A DNA stretch of 60,624 nucleotides, filler included, from Sphacelaria rigidula (GCA_964200075.2; 9 parts of 9 records of this genome joined end to end with filler, not necessarily neighbours in it), one strand, 5' to 3'. Counted from the first letter of the whole stretch, positions 37,407-50,750 are shown. A program made the numbers and translations. Notes: generated by a model not told the origin, from the letters alone.

Positions 37407-38654
37407 AGCTGTCCCCTGCGGAGATAGCGACAACACCATCGCGCGGTACCTATCGGAGCGAATGCAGCTGCTTGTTCTGCAGGGGTTCAGTTGGTGTCAT
37501 ATGCTACGCAATGCGTTGGTTGAGTCTCGTTGTGGGCCTTCCTGGTACTCCCCTCCAAGCTTACGATTTCTTCTTCGCACACCGAGCTACTGCGCACCTT
37601 GAAATACCGGTAGTATCACACGGGCGGAATCACCCTGTTGGCTTCGAATATACGAATCATGTCACCGTGGCTGTAACATCGTACCTCGAGACCAATGAAC
37701 CTATCAGGGAAAACTGTAAGAGAACCTCACTCCACTAAAACATTTGTGCAACAGAAAAGTTACAGTGGCCAAACGTTTGACAAACGATGCCCCTGGGTAG
37801 TAACAGCCTGCTCGTGTTCACGCTGATTCCTACTTTGTCATATCAGCTTTTCTGGTGCACGGGAGGCTTTCCTTTTTTGCTCCATTCGTGGAATTCCATT
37901 TGCAGCTGGTTAACAATAGCGAAAACTGAGTGTGCCTGGGCATTCCATTCACTTGGATCAAAGTTCGAACACCAAGCGGCCATAAAGAGCTCGAGAGTGA
38001 GCAGCGCCGTGGTGTACAGTGTGGGCAGGTGTAACGATCGAGGACGAAGAAACAGCAGCGAGGCCTTGTGTTCATCCTTTCCTGCGTTTCATCTCCGCAG
38101 ACCCACCAAGCAAGATAGCAGCACGTGGTACTCCGCCGGAATACTCACTCCAAGGCTCTGCCACTAGTACCTATAGCTGCACAGCAGTGCGGGAGTCAGT
38201 ACAGCGCTGTGTTTTTGCACAGCACGACCCGTTGTTGAAAAATAAGCACCAAGATACGCAACATATCCAGATCCATGATCGATGGTTGTGAGGTAGACGG
38301 TTCACAACCCAGCCTTGGACCCACTTTTGTGGCAGGCACGAATCTCGATTTTTTCAAAACCGGGGGGGAAAAATGGGGGAACGCATTTTATGGACACGGG
38401 TTTGGACCAAATCGGGGGCGAAAAAATCGGGTGGTCACGACCTCGGAACGTTTTCCACCGATTTTTTTCGAAAAAATGGGGGGAAATCGTTTCGCGATCG
38501 TGACTCCCCCCGATTTTTTTGAGATGACGTACGTGCATTGACGTACAAAGCTAGAGTACGAGGCATTTTATGTTTTTGCGACGGCAGCAGAAGACAGTCT
38601 CGTGACAGCACAGGGCATGCCTACAGCCCGCCGCAGCTGCTGAAGCAACTTCGC

Positions 38655-38968
38655 ACGGGGTTTGACAAGCGGATAATAAGTGCTGACGCCATTAGGGTGG
38701 AGAGAACGAGGATTCGATTCCCGATGCGTTGGTTTTTTTCTTCCCAACGTATGATTTCCACCGTGGAAAGCGTGAGTACGTGAGTAAACAAAGTAGTCGA
38801 CTGGATTCGTGTGACGTGAGTCGACGCGGTGCGGGAGTGCTGACCCAATTCGCGAGAGCAAAATGAAAGGCGCGTACCGGGGGAGAGATGAGTTGATCCC
38901 TTGTGACCACAGATTCATCCTGAGGAAGGGGAGGGGTTCAAAGTGCGAGGAAAAGAAGAAAGAAAAAG
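38655..38968 (+). mobile_element. tRNA-derived SINE family A
   Basis: B-box-like GGATTCGATTCCC at ~38710; body colinear with 55640-55960 and 59560-59870; ends GGGGTTCAAAGTGCGA plus an A-rich tail. Confidence 0.8.
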
Positions 38969-40308
38969 CCGTACCCTGCGGCGATAGTAATATTTTATGT
39001 TGCGCTGCGCTGCCATATGTATCACTGTAAGGAACGCTTCTGTACTCTCCTATCTGTTGGCGCTGTACTTGAGGGGTGATGTACGACACTGCACTACTGA
39101 ACTCTGCTCGCGAACTGTTCTCTGTTCTCGCAATACCAGCTGTGCCATCATGCACAACCACACGGCATTATCATGTACCGTACTGATGTAGTGTCCTGCA
39201 CTGTATTACGCTAGGGTACCAAGGTACGACACTGTACTCGAAGGATTGTTTACTGCCTGCCTGCTCTTCGGCTTCATGCACGAGTACGCAGTACCACACC
39301 CATGCAGAAAATAACCGCCTGTGTTCAGACCGTTTCACAAATCTGTGATACCGTACTGTCTGTGCCATAAAACGCCCCCTGATTCTGATTCCACGAATTT
39401 GAGTCCCCACAATTTTTTCAGAATCGGGGTCCCAAAAAAATCGAGGTTCGCTGCCATAAAAGTGGGTCTTACTCCCCTATTCCGCGAGACTGCGACGATT
39501 TTCTTGTCGTCTATTTGGTGTCTATCGACCACGACGGCTTTGTACACACAGTAGCCGCATGCAACGTTCTCCGGTTGCTTTGGGGACTGCTCCATTGTGG
39601 TCAGGGTGGCATCAGAACTCAAACAAACTGGGCGGAAATTGATCGTGCGGCGCCGCTGCCGCGGAACAAATATTTCTATCCAATTAAGGATTCAAGCCGT
39701 GGACGTGGAACTGTACGTAGTCTCACCGCATTTTCAGCTTTAAATATTACCAGAATAAACAACGATTTCAGCTATACCTGGACATGTGGGGGGCCAAAAC
39801 AGGCAGAGGATGTACCACTATAAAAACACGTTATCTCCCGGACATGTGATGGGCCAGAAACAGCGTACCCAGCACTGTAGTGGCGACTCACGTCGCTGGC
39901 ACAGGTGCGGTCTTCTTTGCCGTGGTTATACCGTTATACCTGAGGTCTGGCTGCTAACCAAACCTGGCGGGGAATGTCCCTATTTTTGGCGGTCCCCAAA
40001 ACAGCGGTGGTCGCAAAACGCCGACTTCTTCCCACAATGTGCACATGGATGGTTCCATACCCCCGAGCGCGGTCTTTGCGTCCATGTGTCTCAATCTCTG
40101 GACACCGGGCGGTTCTTTATGCACATGTTTCTCCGGCGTGCCGAGTGTGCACGTGGTGTACACTTCGCGCGGCGAGTTTTTGCCTGCATGGCCTCGTAAG
40201 ATGCTAATATTTGACCGACTTCAACAGACTCGAAAACATCTCGACTGCTACGGTCCATCACTGCTTTTGACTGTGTCGCAAGGGACGGAGCTCTAGTATT
40301 TTCGCTTT

Positions 40309-40383
40309 GGGTGTACTCATGATCATGCATGCCATAGTCATAAGACCATTGACCTCGCATCCCTACAATGCCGGGACGGAGCA
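40309..40383 (-). mobile_element. 3' end of C-run-associated LINE (subfamily B), cut by contig end
   Basis: Near-identical to 13327-13395. Confidence 0.75.
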
Positions 40384-40483
40384 NNNNNNNNNNNNNNNNN
40401 NNNNNNNNNNNNNNNNNNNNNNNNNNNTTAATTAATTAANNNNNNNNNNNNNNNNNNNNNNNNNNNNNNNNNNNNNNNNNNNN

Positions 40484-41932
40484 AGCACCATCCTTGCTGG
40501 CATATGTGTGTGACAGAGAACAGTAGTAGCGGTGACGGGAACATTGCCCTATTTTTTCAACATGGTTTTCAGCGCACAGAGGCACGTCCTGTCCAAAAGG
40601 AGAGGCAGAGAGAAATCGATGTTCGCGATGGCAACAGGCGAGAAGAGACACGGAATTTCTCCGCACGTCGATGCTCTGGCATATGAAAAAATTGGCACAT
40701 GCTGGTAAGATCAAGGATGCCAGTCTCTCGAGAGTTTGGTAATCACCGAGCGGGGACACACAAAGGGCACGGGCGAGGAGCTTCCTCTCTGTCGTTGCTT
40801 CTTCTCTCTCTGGTGATATCGTCATCGACACGCGTGTACACCGCATTTCGTTGGGTGCACCTAGCCAGAGTTGCTTAACCCTTGGACCGCGGTGCCCGTA
40901 GTCCATCTGGACCACGCGTGTACTTTTTCCAAGTGAATATTGATGCCGATTCAGCAGGTGACCTACTCTCGCGGTCTGACGGTCAAGTCCTCCTGCGGAG
41001 TTTGGGGGGGGAAGATACTTTCGCTCTGTGTTACTCTTTCGTATCTTCCCTGCAATAGAAAAATGCGACTTCAGCCCCATTTTAGTGTTGAACCCCAAAA
41101 TTTCAAATCGGCTGTTAATAAGTGGTTGATCTAGAGCACTCTTGTTCCTCGTGGGGTCATACTTCGCCCCGGCTTGTAATGCATGATCTCCTCACAATTA
41201 ATTCTGGGAAGCTACTGTACCGAGGTGTTCACGCAGCCAGTGTGTGTGCTCCAGATTTCAGCATTGACGCACCCCCCTGCACCACGCTAGCAGCAGTTGG
41301 GTCACCACCGTAGGTATCTTTTTTCTCTCCGCATGTCAAGAAGATCTACACAGGTGCTTGATCTCTCACACACACATACCCCAACAGGCCTGTGGCACGC
41401 TCTTGTGGTCGGGAACCTAGATGGTCACACGTCGGGTAAAATCAATGATGAATAACACCCCCCCAAGTTCAAATTGGATCTTGTGTTGTTATTGCCGCAG
41501 CACCGCCCTTGCTGGCATGTGTGTAACAGAGAGCAGTAGCGGTGACGGGAACATTGCCCTGCTTTTCAACGACATGTTTTGCAGCGCTCAGAGCGCGTCC
41601 TGTCCGAAAAGAGAGGCAGAGATAAATCGATCTTCGCATTGGTGAGCTCAACAGACAAGAAGACACTGGATCGCTCCGCAGCTCGATGTTCTTTGAGAGG
41701 CTGTGCGCAGCAATATAATAACATCCCTACCGGCACATGAGAAATTGGATACATGCTGGTAAAATGTATGATGCGAGTCTCTCGAGCGATTGGTAATCGC
41801 CGAGCGAGGACACACTAAAGACATGAGCGAGGAGCTTTCTCCCTGTCGTTGCTTCCCCCCCCTGTCGTTGCTTCCCTCCCTGGTGATTGTCATCGACACG
41901 CGTGTACACCGCATTCGTTCGGTGCACCTAGC
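40484..41932 (+). repeat. Diverged direct repeat: 40484-40865 vs ~41497-41932
   Basis: Shared blocks CAGTAGCGGTGACGGGAACATTGCCCT and GTCATCGACACGCGTGTACACCGCATT. Confidence 0.75.
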
Positions 41933-42089
41933 CACAACTGATTCACTGCTGCAGAGTTTTGGGGGGAAAGAGTTTCGCTCTATGCACTGTAACTGTTTCG
42001 CGTCATCCCTGCCAAAAATATATGCCACTTGTACCTCATTTTTTCAACCCCAGCAGGATCCACTGTTGTGTGCTTTTCTTTGCCTACTG

Positions 42090-42480
42090 TAAAACTGGCG
42101 TGTGCTTAGGGTACGTGGATGTCCTACTCAGGGCTATCAAGGGCTTCAGTGGCGAGCTACTATAGAAAGGGTATATCGGGCCTCGTGGAGGAGCATTTCG
42201 TAATTGAAACGATTCATCCCATAATTAACCGCTTCCCACTCGTAGTCTTATCCTCTACTCTCAATCTCACGAAAACGATTGAGAGGACAGGATTCGATTG
42301 AGAGTGAAAAACAGTCGCGCATCATAAATTAAATAGTTTCAGCTCTGAAATGCCCCTCCGGGCCTTATGTACATTTCCTGTAGTATAACTTGTCACTGAA
42401 GCCCTTAACACCCCTGAGTAGGATGTCAACGTGTAGCTGTGTGCATACGACCGTGTTCCGCGAAAGGAAAGCACGCCCAA
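42090..42480. mobile_element. Degenerate foldback element; one arm recurs at ~44853-45045
   Basis: CCTACTCAGGG...AAGGGCTTCAGTG in the left arm and its reverse complement in the right arm; a third arm copy at 44853. Confidence 0.6.
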
Positions 42481-42639
42481 AATAAGTATGTAGAGGGGAT
42501 AAGACAACACCGTTATAATAGTTCTTGTCGTGGTTCCCTCTTAATCATAATACCGAGAGACGCTAAAAAAAAACCTGGAACAATCGTGCGTGACACCCGC
42601 CCAAGGAAGCCGGCGAAAGCTCCTCCCCTCACCTGGTGA

Positions 42640-42760
42640 GATTGATTTATTGATTTATTGATTGATTGATTGTCGCACCTTTACTGACCCCCCAGGGGTC
42701 CAGCCGTGGTCTCATGATAGACGCACTCAAGAAAAACGGAATTCAAGCACGCTCTAAGGA
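42640..42760 (-). mobile_element. Retroposon 3' end with ...AAGGTGCGAC(AATC)n tail
   Basis: Similar ends at ~52820-52878 (+), 56355-56440 (-), 57620-57680 (-) and 59080-59150 (+). Confidence 0.65.
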
Positions 42761-43729
42761 AAAAAAAGAAGAACTGAGAGCCGCGTTGAATGTACGAAAG
42801 GAGATATAGATGACTTTAGAGACCGGAGCCCCCCCCATGCTCATCACTTACCTGATTGATTACATATTTTTTGGGATCATATTCCGTGTCGTGTGCCTCG
42901 AGTACCTATTAATACTAGTGGGGAATGTTTGACTACATTTGAGTTGAACCTCATTTTTGTTGTTCAACCCCATTTTTGAAAGCCCGCTGTTATCATAGAC
43001 TTGGGCGTGAGTAAGGAGCCATAACATTTATCCGCGTGATAACGAATTTCGAGGACCACGCTCCGGTCAGGGGGGCTCTTCGAATGTGCCCGGACTACAT
43101 CCTTGTGCATGTGTACTAGCGTTGGATCCTGTGCAAGTACGGTCAGATTGAGTGCGAAACGGGCCAGCGGGGCCATTGGAGATTGGGTCAATCACGTAGT
43201 CAAGACCGTATCATGAGATTTACCGCGTATGGCACCAGACGCCCACACCGCCTTAATTGCTTGTCGGTTATACTTTTGTAGATATACAACATATCCACTG
43301 AGCTAAACAGTCAGAGCTGACTGTTTAGCTCAGTGGATATTATGTTGGTATATCGAACAACTTGCTCACTTGCTTTTGGTATGTTGGAGCTCGGAAGGAG
43401 CCGGGGTGCATGGTGTATGAGTAAGCGGTGAGTCAATATCGAACGAATGAATAATACAAGAAGATAATATACTACAGAAAAATGTCCAGGAAACGAACAG
43501 TTCACCCATTGAACCAGTGAGCGCTCCTTGGTTCAATGCGTGAACTCTTCGCTTCCTGAACACAGTCAACGTCTCTCTCTCTCTCTCTTGGTTTGGCGCC
43601 ACCGCAAATCCCAATCGCCGTTGGAAGAAAACCATCTCTCCCTCGCCTGTCTGCAAGCTGTCAATGAAAACAAACGACGTCTTCAACGGAAGTCTCGGCC
43701 GACTCAAAGTTATCTGCCTGAAATTGATT

Positions 43730-44110
43730 GGCGACCATGAAAAATTCCGATTTCAAACCCATTGCTCATTTTAGTATTCATTCCTCATATCACGAACATA
43801 CTGTTGTTCCATGCGCCATACGAATTTGGATTCCGGTCACCGAAATTTCGGGTCCCTCGTCAAAAACACAATTCTGGGGAGTCTAGGTGATTCGTTTTGA
43901 TGGCCGAAATCCCCCCAGAATTGTTTTTTCGACTAGGACCCCAAAATTTCGGTTATCGGAATGCAGAATTTCACGGCGCGTAGTATTTGGCAATGACTAC
44001 AAGTAGGTGAAGGAAGGCAACCATATTTGGAGAAGAATTAGTGTGGATACGGAGATTTTAAATTTCTGGGTTATCATCCCCGCCAACGACAAGCTCCGTC
44101 CTCATTTCTG
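43730..44110. mobile_element. Foldback MITE, diverged copy of 22161-22584
   Basis: Shares ATTTGGATT.CG.TCACCGAAAT, AGGACCCC.A.ATTTCGG and AGTAGGTGAAG...ACCATATTT. Confidence 0.7.
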
Positions 44111-47100
44111 ATGATCAGCTGTTTAAACACCGGGCACAATGCCATGTATTACGAAACTGGTATTTCGATTAATACTTTGAATGCGACTGTAGCCTATTGA
44201 CCCGTCACAATTCCAAAGAATCGTATATCGATGTTTGTTTGCTTGTGAAATATACATCTAACGACTTACCCGTCGGGATGTTGAGCCTTTGACTACCAGG
44301 GTTAACAATCAGGGTCACGCCGTAATTTTCCAAGTGAAAATGATGCCGATCCCACAAACGGCTGAAACACCCACTCTCAATCACATGCTATACGCTCCAT
44401 CTCACGGAAACCTTGTTGAGTGTACGTTTTGATTGAGAGTGAGATTGTTTTGGTCTGTTCTTTTTGTGGAGTCAGCAGTATTTTCACTTGAAAAGTTACT
44501 GCGTGACACTTATTACTAACGCTAGCGGTCACAGGGCTAGTATCCCGAAGAGTTAGCCGCTGGACACACAACCCGAAAGCAAACAAAACCCCGATATACG
44601 TTTCTTCGAAATCACGACGGGTTACTACCCTACACTCGCATCGGATGTAAAATGGAATAATAGCAGTATTATGTGCGACGTGTAATTATAACCTACTCAA
44701 CATAAAGCGACGCATTGATGAGATGAATGTTTCGATGGTTCATATCCTCTTTCGACAGTGATTTCATGAGTTCGAGAGTAGAAGGTTGATTGAGAGTCGC
44801 TTTTATCCGTTGCTTGAGATTGACGAATTTTTCATTGCGTTTTTCTTTGTATGTAAAACTGGCGTGTGCTTACAGCTACAAGCCGGTACCCTACTCAGGG
44901 ATATCAAGTAGGGCTTCAGTGGCAAGCTACTACAGTGAGCGTAACGGTCCTTGTGGAGGGTTATCTCGGAACTGAAACTGTTGACTCATGAAATGATTGC
45001 TCCTCACCCTCAATCGTATCCTCTACTCTCAATCTCACGAAAATATTGTTAGATTCCTCTTCTCTTTTCGTTATTTCAACAAAATGGATCATTTCCTAAT
45101 ATTATTCAGAGATCAAACGAATAACGCGTGTTGCGCAGCGTCATTTGAATAAATTCCTTGAACGCCAGGGTGGGTGAGCAGTTATTAATCAGCATCACTA
45201 CACTCGACATTCAGAAATGTCAGTGTTAACGGATTATTGAAAACACATAGCAGCAACCCGTTTCTAGTCAAAGCGTGACTCTCGATCAGAAACCGCACTC
45301 TTAATCCGACGGAAATGTTGTTGGGGGTGGAATTCCGACGAATGCATGTCCCCACTCGTTTCCAGGATACACGGACTACTGAATACGTGGTGGATATGCA
45401 CATGTAGTGTTATGAGGTCATCAGTTATCATAGAGTCCATGCATTTTCAGATTTAGCTTGGCAACGACTACCGACGGCCATCACGCAAACGCTCGACCTC
45501 GACTGAACCCCACGTCCTGGGGTGGCGTCGGTGTCGACTTCTCACACTTGAGTGAACAAGCCAAACGCAATGACCTAGAACAAAACCAACTGTATGGTGA
45601 AAAAGGGATAAGATACGCTGTATTCAGCTGTATGCTCGTAAGTTATGCATGTGCTTCTTCAAATTTGCCATTTAGTTTTATCGATATTAAACACGAGCTG
45701 TACCGCGCGTTTGGAGTTTCTTGAAGATGATCATGTGCATCGTTGTCATTTTTCTCTATGTAGGTGTATGCTCGAAAAGTATATGCCTGTTTAGATGTGT
45801 CTGTATGCAAGTATGCGGTATGGTGCATCAATCCATTATGTGCTACGTCGTACCTCATCCAGCTAATTTGTACGAGTCTCTCGATCGGCCGCCCGATTTC
45901 GTCAAGGCCACGAAACCCGTGGTCATGCTTGATGATGACAAACATTAGAACACCAATAGAAAACAGTACACTGGAGGATAGCATGCCACTACCGTCCACT
46001 GGCATTACATTACAGTTTTATATCTGCACATGGTGCCCGTCAAGGTTTGGAACCTTCGACGGGAACCATGCGCCACCATCACATACAATCGACCTCACTT
46101 CGTTATCGATGATAAATCTTGTTCTTATCTTCCAGGATCCCCTATAACGTGTAGAATGGGAAACGTATCCCAACCCTGTGCCGAAATTGGATGCCTGTCG
46201 ACACTGGATGGTCATATTTGCATTCGAATCTAACCATATTTTCTGTACCTGACTTAGTCTGTTCTACTGTAGCTCAATTGGGGGCTTCAACAAGTCCTCA
46301 GTGATCTGTGAATCACGCGAGTGAACTGCCGCGGCATTCATTGCTTTACTACGACATGATTGATGCTGATACAAAAGCGCATGTAAAAATTGTCCGAAAT
46401 TCGGAGGGAGGGGGTTGGGAGGCTGAGCTGTTTCCCCCATGATGTCCGCCTGGGCCTTGGGTTGAAAGCAAACAGGATAGTCGTCACCAATCATATTGTA
46501 AAGGGGTACGTGTTGACTCCCCATTGTTTCGTACACCTATGCCGCTGCGTCGCACGCGCCCGCCTCTCGCGGACGTTCCATCATCTACGAGAATGTGTCG
46601 TGGGCAAGATTCTCTGCCAGGTCTAAATTGCATTCGTATTCTCGTGTCGTCGCGGTCAGCGTCGCGCAGCTTACAGACACACGAACGGACGACAAAGCAC
46701 TTATACTCGTACACAAACGGTGGGATTCAGCGGGTACAGGTGGCGCTACAAAAGGTCTGAGGGGTACTATAGTACTGTAGTTCATGCGGTATTTACGTGC
46801 ACCACGAACCGACCGCACTTTTTACTCTTATGTTTTTTTAACTGCATGAATGCATATGCGATGGACAACACATCAACTGAGTGAGCACGAAGTTCCCGTT
46901 GACCAGCGGTCCTCGTCGGATACCCTGGATATCTGACGTCTCGAGGAACTCCCCTGGCGAACCACGACGAAAATGTATGTGGGTATGTCCACATCCACGG
47001 ATCACATAAAGCGGAGGCGGGGAGGGGGGGGGGGGGCGTACTCATTTAGGCGGGGAGGGGGGGGGGGGGGGGGGGGGGGGGGAAAAGAACAAAAAAAAAC

Positions 47101-47239
47101 AACCGTAGAAAGGACGGGGGGGGGGGGGGGNNNNNNNNNNNNNNNNNNNNNNNNNNNNNNNNNNNNNNNNNNNNTTAATTAATTAANNNNNNNNNNNNNN
47201 NNNNNNNNNNNNNNNNNNNNNNNNNNNNNNCCGGGCCCC

Positions 47240-47935
47240 CTCTCGAAAGGTATGCGTGGCCCATGATCAAACCGCTGAGGCAAGCAAAAAATGAGTACCC
47301 CCCCCCCCCCTCCCCCCCTCCCGATCGTAGCATGACTCCTTAGGGGAAAGGAAGAAACGAAGACATAAAGACATAAGGAAGAGAACAAGGGCCAATCTAA
47401 ACCTGCCAAGTAGGGTTATTGGTGTGTTCAACTATTGTCCGGCTGATGGGCACCATCGTGAGTCCCAGCTCGGTGTATCGGTAGATTCATCCACCCGATG
47501 GGGCAGCCTCGAAACGGTGAATGGAGGCACAGAAAGCACATATGTCAGCAAATCATGGTCTACTTTAGTGGTGTGGGTCAACGTGTGCGGTGGTAATACG
47601 TACCTTACTACGTCAATGTAGAGACCACGAGCCCGAGCTTAAAAGTTCGGACAACTGTCTTGTCTTTCTTCGTCGTACTTTTTCAACCCCCCCCCCCCTA
47701 CCCCCGCCCCCCTCCCCCCCCCGGTGCTCCGTCTCGAAAGGGATGCGTGGCCATGGTCAAACGATTAAGGCAAGCAATAACTGAGTACGCCCCCTCCCCC
47801 CCGCCCCTCCCACACCTTACCTTTCTCGAGCCTGGTTCGGCGACAACTCTGCGCGCTCCGTCCCGGCTCTGTGGGGATGCGAAGTCAATGCTCTAATGGC
47901 TACAGCGTGCAAGATCATGAATACATCCCCCCGCT
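47240..47935 (+). mobile_element. Cluster of three 5'-truncated C-run-associated LINE 3' ends
   Basis: ~47240-47298, ~47722-47789 and ~47855-47927, each ending TGA(G/A)TAC followed by C-runs. Confidence 0.7.
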
Positions 47936-48484
47936 CCTCCTCCCTCGGGGGAAGCCCATAGTTTAAGGGGAATCACACATCTCTCTCCCCCCCCCGGTGT
48001 CTGTCTTTGCGATCTATTATCAAGAATTGGATCATGACTAGGGCGTAGGTACTCGCGCTTTCCACGACGGAAAGCACCCGCTGTCGGGAGTCAAAATCTG
48101 CTGCTCCGCCCAAAGAGAAACGACAGATGATGAGGTGTCAGTCCTTACCGACCAAGCACTGAGACGCGGTGGGTCTTTTGAAACTGTAAAACCGCGGGAT
48201 ATTGTCGCGGATGATCGACCATTTTTTTCCGCATCAAAACTCTTGATAATAGTAGTGGTTGACAAACAAAACCAAAATCTCCGTGACGAAAAAAAACAAA
48301 TAGGGGACACCGTCATCTGTCAAATTCTGGCCTATGAACAAATAAATCAGGTGAGGGTTGCCTGTGCGTTCCTGTCCACCCGCAGTAGTGGTGTTCTCTT
48401 CGACCGCGGTGATGACCAGGCACGCGAAAATATCGTCGCGGCGGGAAGGGATCGGGTCTGTTTGTGACTTCTCGCACGTCCTAC

Positions 48485-48573
48485 CTGTCTGCTATCGCCT
48501 TGTCGATCTGCTGCCTCGTAGCCTCGTTTTCGCGCTGAAGTTGGTACTCCAGCTGTTCCATCTCTTGCACGTC
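48485..48573 (-). CDS. IFT81: Exon of intraflagellar transport protein 81-like gene
   Basis: CAG acceptor and GTAG donor; DVQEMEQLEYQLQRENEATRQQIDKAIAD(R), in phase 0 with the exon at 49621-49734. Identity is from remembered IFT81 coiled-coil sequence, not from a search. Confidence 0.6.
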
Positions 48574-48748
48574 CTGATTTCGCCACCCCCCCCCCCCCCA
48601 CCCCCCCAAGCCCGACCATTTACCGATGGAAAAAAACAAAAACAAAAAAATCGAAAGAGAAAATGAACAAGTAGCACAGCGGAGCACGATCACAAAATTT
48701 ACATTTTTTGTCTCATTTTTACTATCGTTTACTATCACTAAATCTATA

Positions 48749-49356
48749 CTTCCTCTGTCCCATAAGTAAAGTCCGTTATGATCACACGGACCCTTAACCG
48801 TGTGCAATGAATGCCCTGGGCGATTTTTTTTTCTTGTAATCTTCACGATTTTTTTTAAGAAATCACGTTTTTTTTTGCTGTTTGCGCAGCAGCCAGCGTG
48901 CGCGAACGACCGATAAACGATCAGTCGGCCCCAAAACAGCCATATTTCGCCCCTTTCCAAAAACACAGAGAAGAACCTTGAGGACCTGAAAAACGGCAAA
49001 AATCGCGAAAAAAAGCATATCGGGCTCTTTTTCTCCGGTTCATCGCTGGCATACAATAGCTTCGCCTGGTCCGAAACCATTGGTTTACGTTGCAGCCTTC
49101 AATTACTTCAAAGCAAGCCATATTTGTCGAAATTCGGCCGAAAATGTACAGATTGGACGGGATTTGGTCGAAATTTGGCCATGTTTGACCCAACGATTCT
49201 AAGGTTGCAGGTCGATTATTTTGTTTTTGTTTTTTTCCAGTGGCCATCTCCACAACTATAGAGTTTCAACGAACCTAACCATAACATCGTGAGCACCTCC
49301 GTTGGTGAGGTACGGTCTATCCTCCATAACGGACTTTTCTTATGGGACAGAGGAAG
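48749..49356. mobile_element. Stowaway/Tc1-mariner-like MITE in an intron
   Basis: TA|CTTCCTCTGTCCCATAAG...AAAGTCCGTTATG ... CATAACGGACTTTTCTTATGGGACAGAGGAAG|TA. Confidence 0.85.
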
Positions 49357-49620
49357 TAGTATTTGAAAAACAACAGTTCAAGCGTCCCTCGGAAAGTGCC
49401 CCATTGTGTTACTCCTCCTCGAGCCTCGAGGGCATCCTTAACCCGAGCGCATCCTTGACTTTAAAGTGAAAACACAAAAAACGTCAGGGGACGCCGATCT
49501 TGCCCGGGAAACGCCGGTGAGATTATTGCTCCGATCTCCCGTCGGCATGTATCAGTCTTTCTTCTGCGCGGTGAAAAATCCCACGCAGACTGCCGTACGT
49601 GAAAGCGGAACACACCACAC

Positions 49621-49734
49621 CTCTCTCGAGCGCTGCGGCTCGGCGGCTTCCCTTTCTAATTGCCCTAGCCTCCTTGCACGTTGTGCGATTTCCGTCGGCA
49701 ATACTTGGGACAGCGTCCGATCGAGCGTCTCGAC
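49621..49734 (-). CDS. IFT81: Exon of intraflagellar transport protein 81-like gene
   Basis: CAG/GT boundaries, 114 nt; VETLDRTLSQVLPTEIAQRARRLGQLEREAAEPQRSRE resembles the IFT81 LPxE...L....AEP...D..E.E segment. Confidence 0.6.
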
Positions 49735-50189
49735 CTGCCATCGTCACAAGATAACAAACACGAGGAGGTAAAGAGCAAAAGAACAGTCGATCGTCTATTT
49801 GATGTAGGAGCAAAATAATATAGACAGTGTACAACTATAGCGAGGAATGAGAGTTTGTATCTCACGTCTTTCCTTCTGCGGCTAGTAAAAGCGGTGTGAC
49901 GAGAGAGGTATATGCTACGTACTCCCCGCCCACTCGCGGGGTCATTGCGCCCTCTATACCCTCGGGGGGTGGACTGAAGGGGTCAAATTTTTCACCTCGC
50001 GTGTCTTCACTCGTAATTTGTTTTGTTTTTTTCGCATGTGTAACGCGATGGTGCACGCACACAAGAGATGAGATATTTTGACGGTGGATCGCTACTATTT
50101 CTGTCGTTTTGCTTTTCAGATGTACAGCACCAACTGTCTCCATTTTCGCGTCGCATAAATGCAATATATCTTTATACCTGTGTGTGTGT

Positions 50190-50534
50190 TGTAATCTCAT
50201 CTATTCTGGACGCCGGTCTACACCTTCCGATATATGTGGGCGCACCAGCCGGGGTCATACACGAGGAAGGTCAACACAGGAGTTTTTCCTTTGTTGATTG
50301 TTTTGGTTCTCCACCTTCCTTCTGCGGTGCTTGCCTTTCTTTTTTATCGCGAAAGGGGTTCAGCAGTCCCTTTCCCTCGTCGACCATCAAGTCGATTTTT
50401 GTGTACCTACGACATAGTCGCTCTCCACCGTTGGGTATTGGGTAAGAAAAAATTCCAGATCGCTCCGAGATTTGAATCCATGATCCAACCGTCAGAGGGT
50501 TTCGAGGTTACTAACTGAGCCACCGGGGCGACCG
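50190..50534 (-). mobile_element. tRNA-derived SINE family B
   Basis: The - strand head GCCCCGGTGGCTCAGTTAGT (A box) ... GGATTCAAATCTC (B box-like) is followed by a T-run and a ~270-bp body ending at a (CA)n-like tail. Confidence 0.7.
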
Positions 50535-50750
50535 TTATATAGACGAAGTGTATGTATATACGTGTGTGTTAAATTGAACACGCACACACAAAACGCTGAC
50601 GCCTGGTTCGTGCAATAGTGGAAAGCTAACTTTGGACTGTTGTCATTGTCCTGTCGACTGCCTGTATACGTCTTGAATGTGCACCTGTGTGATCCTTTCA
50701 CCCAGTAAGCTTGCGGTGGGGAAGATTCGTGTGCAGCAGTAGTACTCCTA

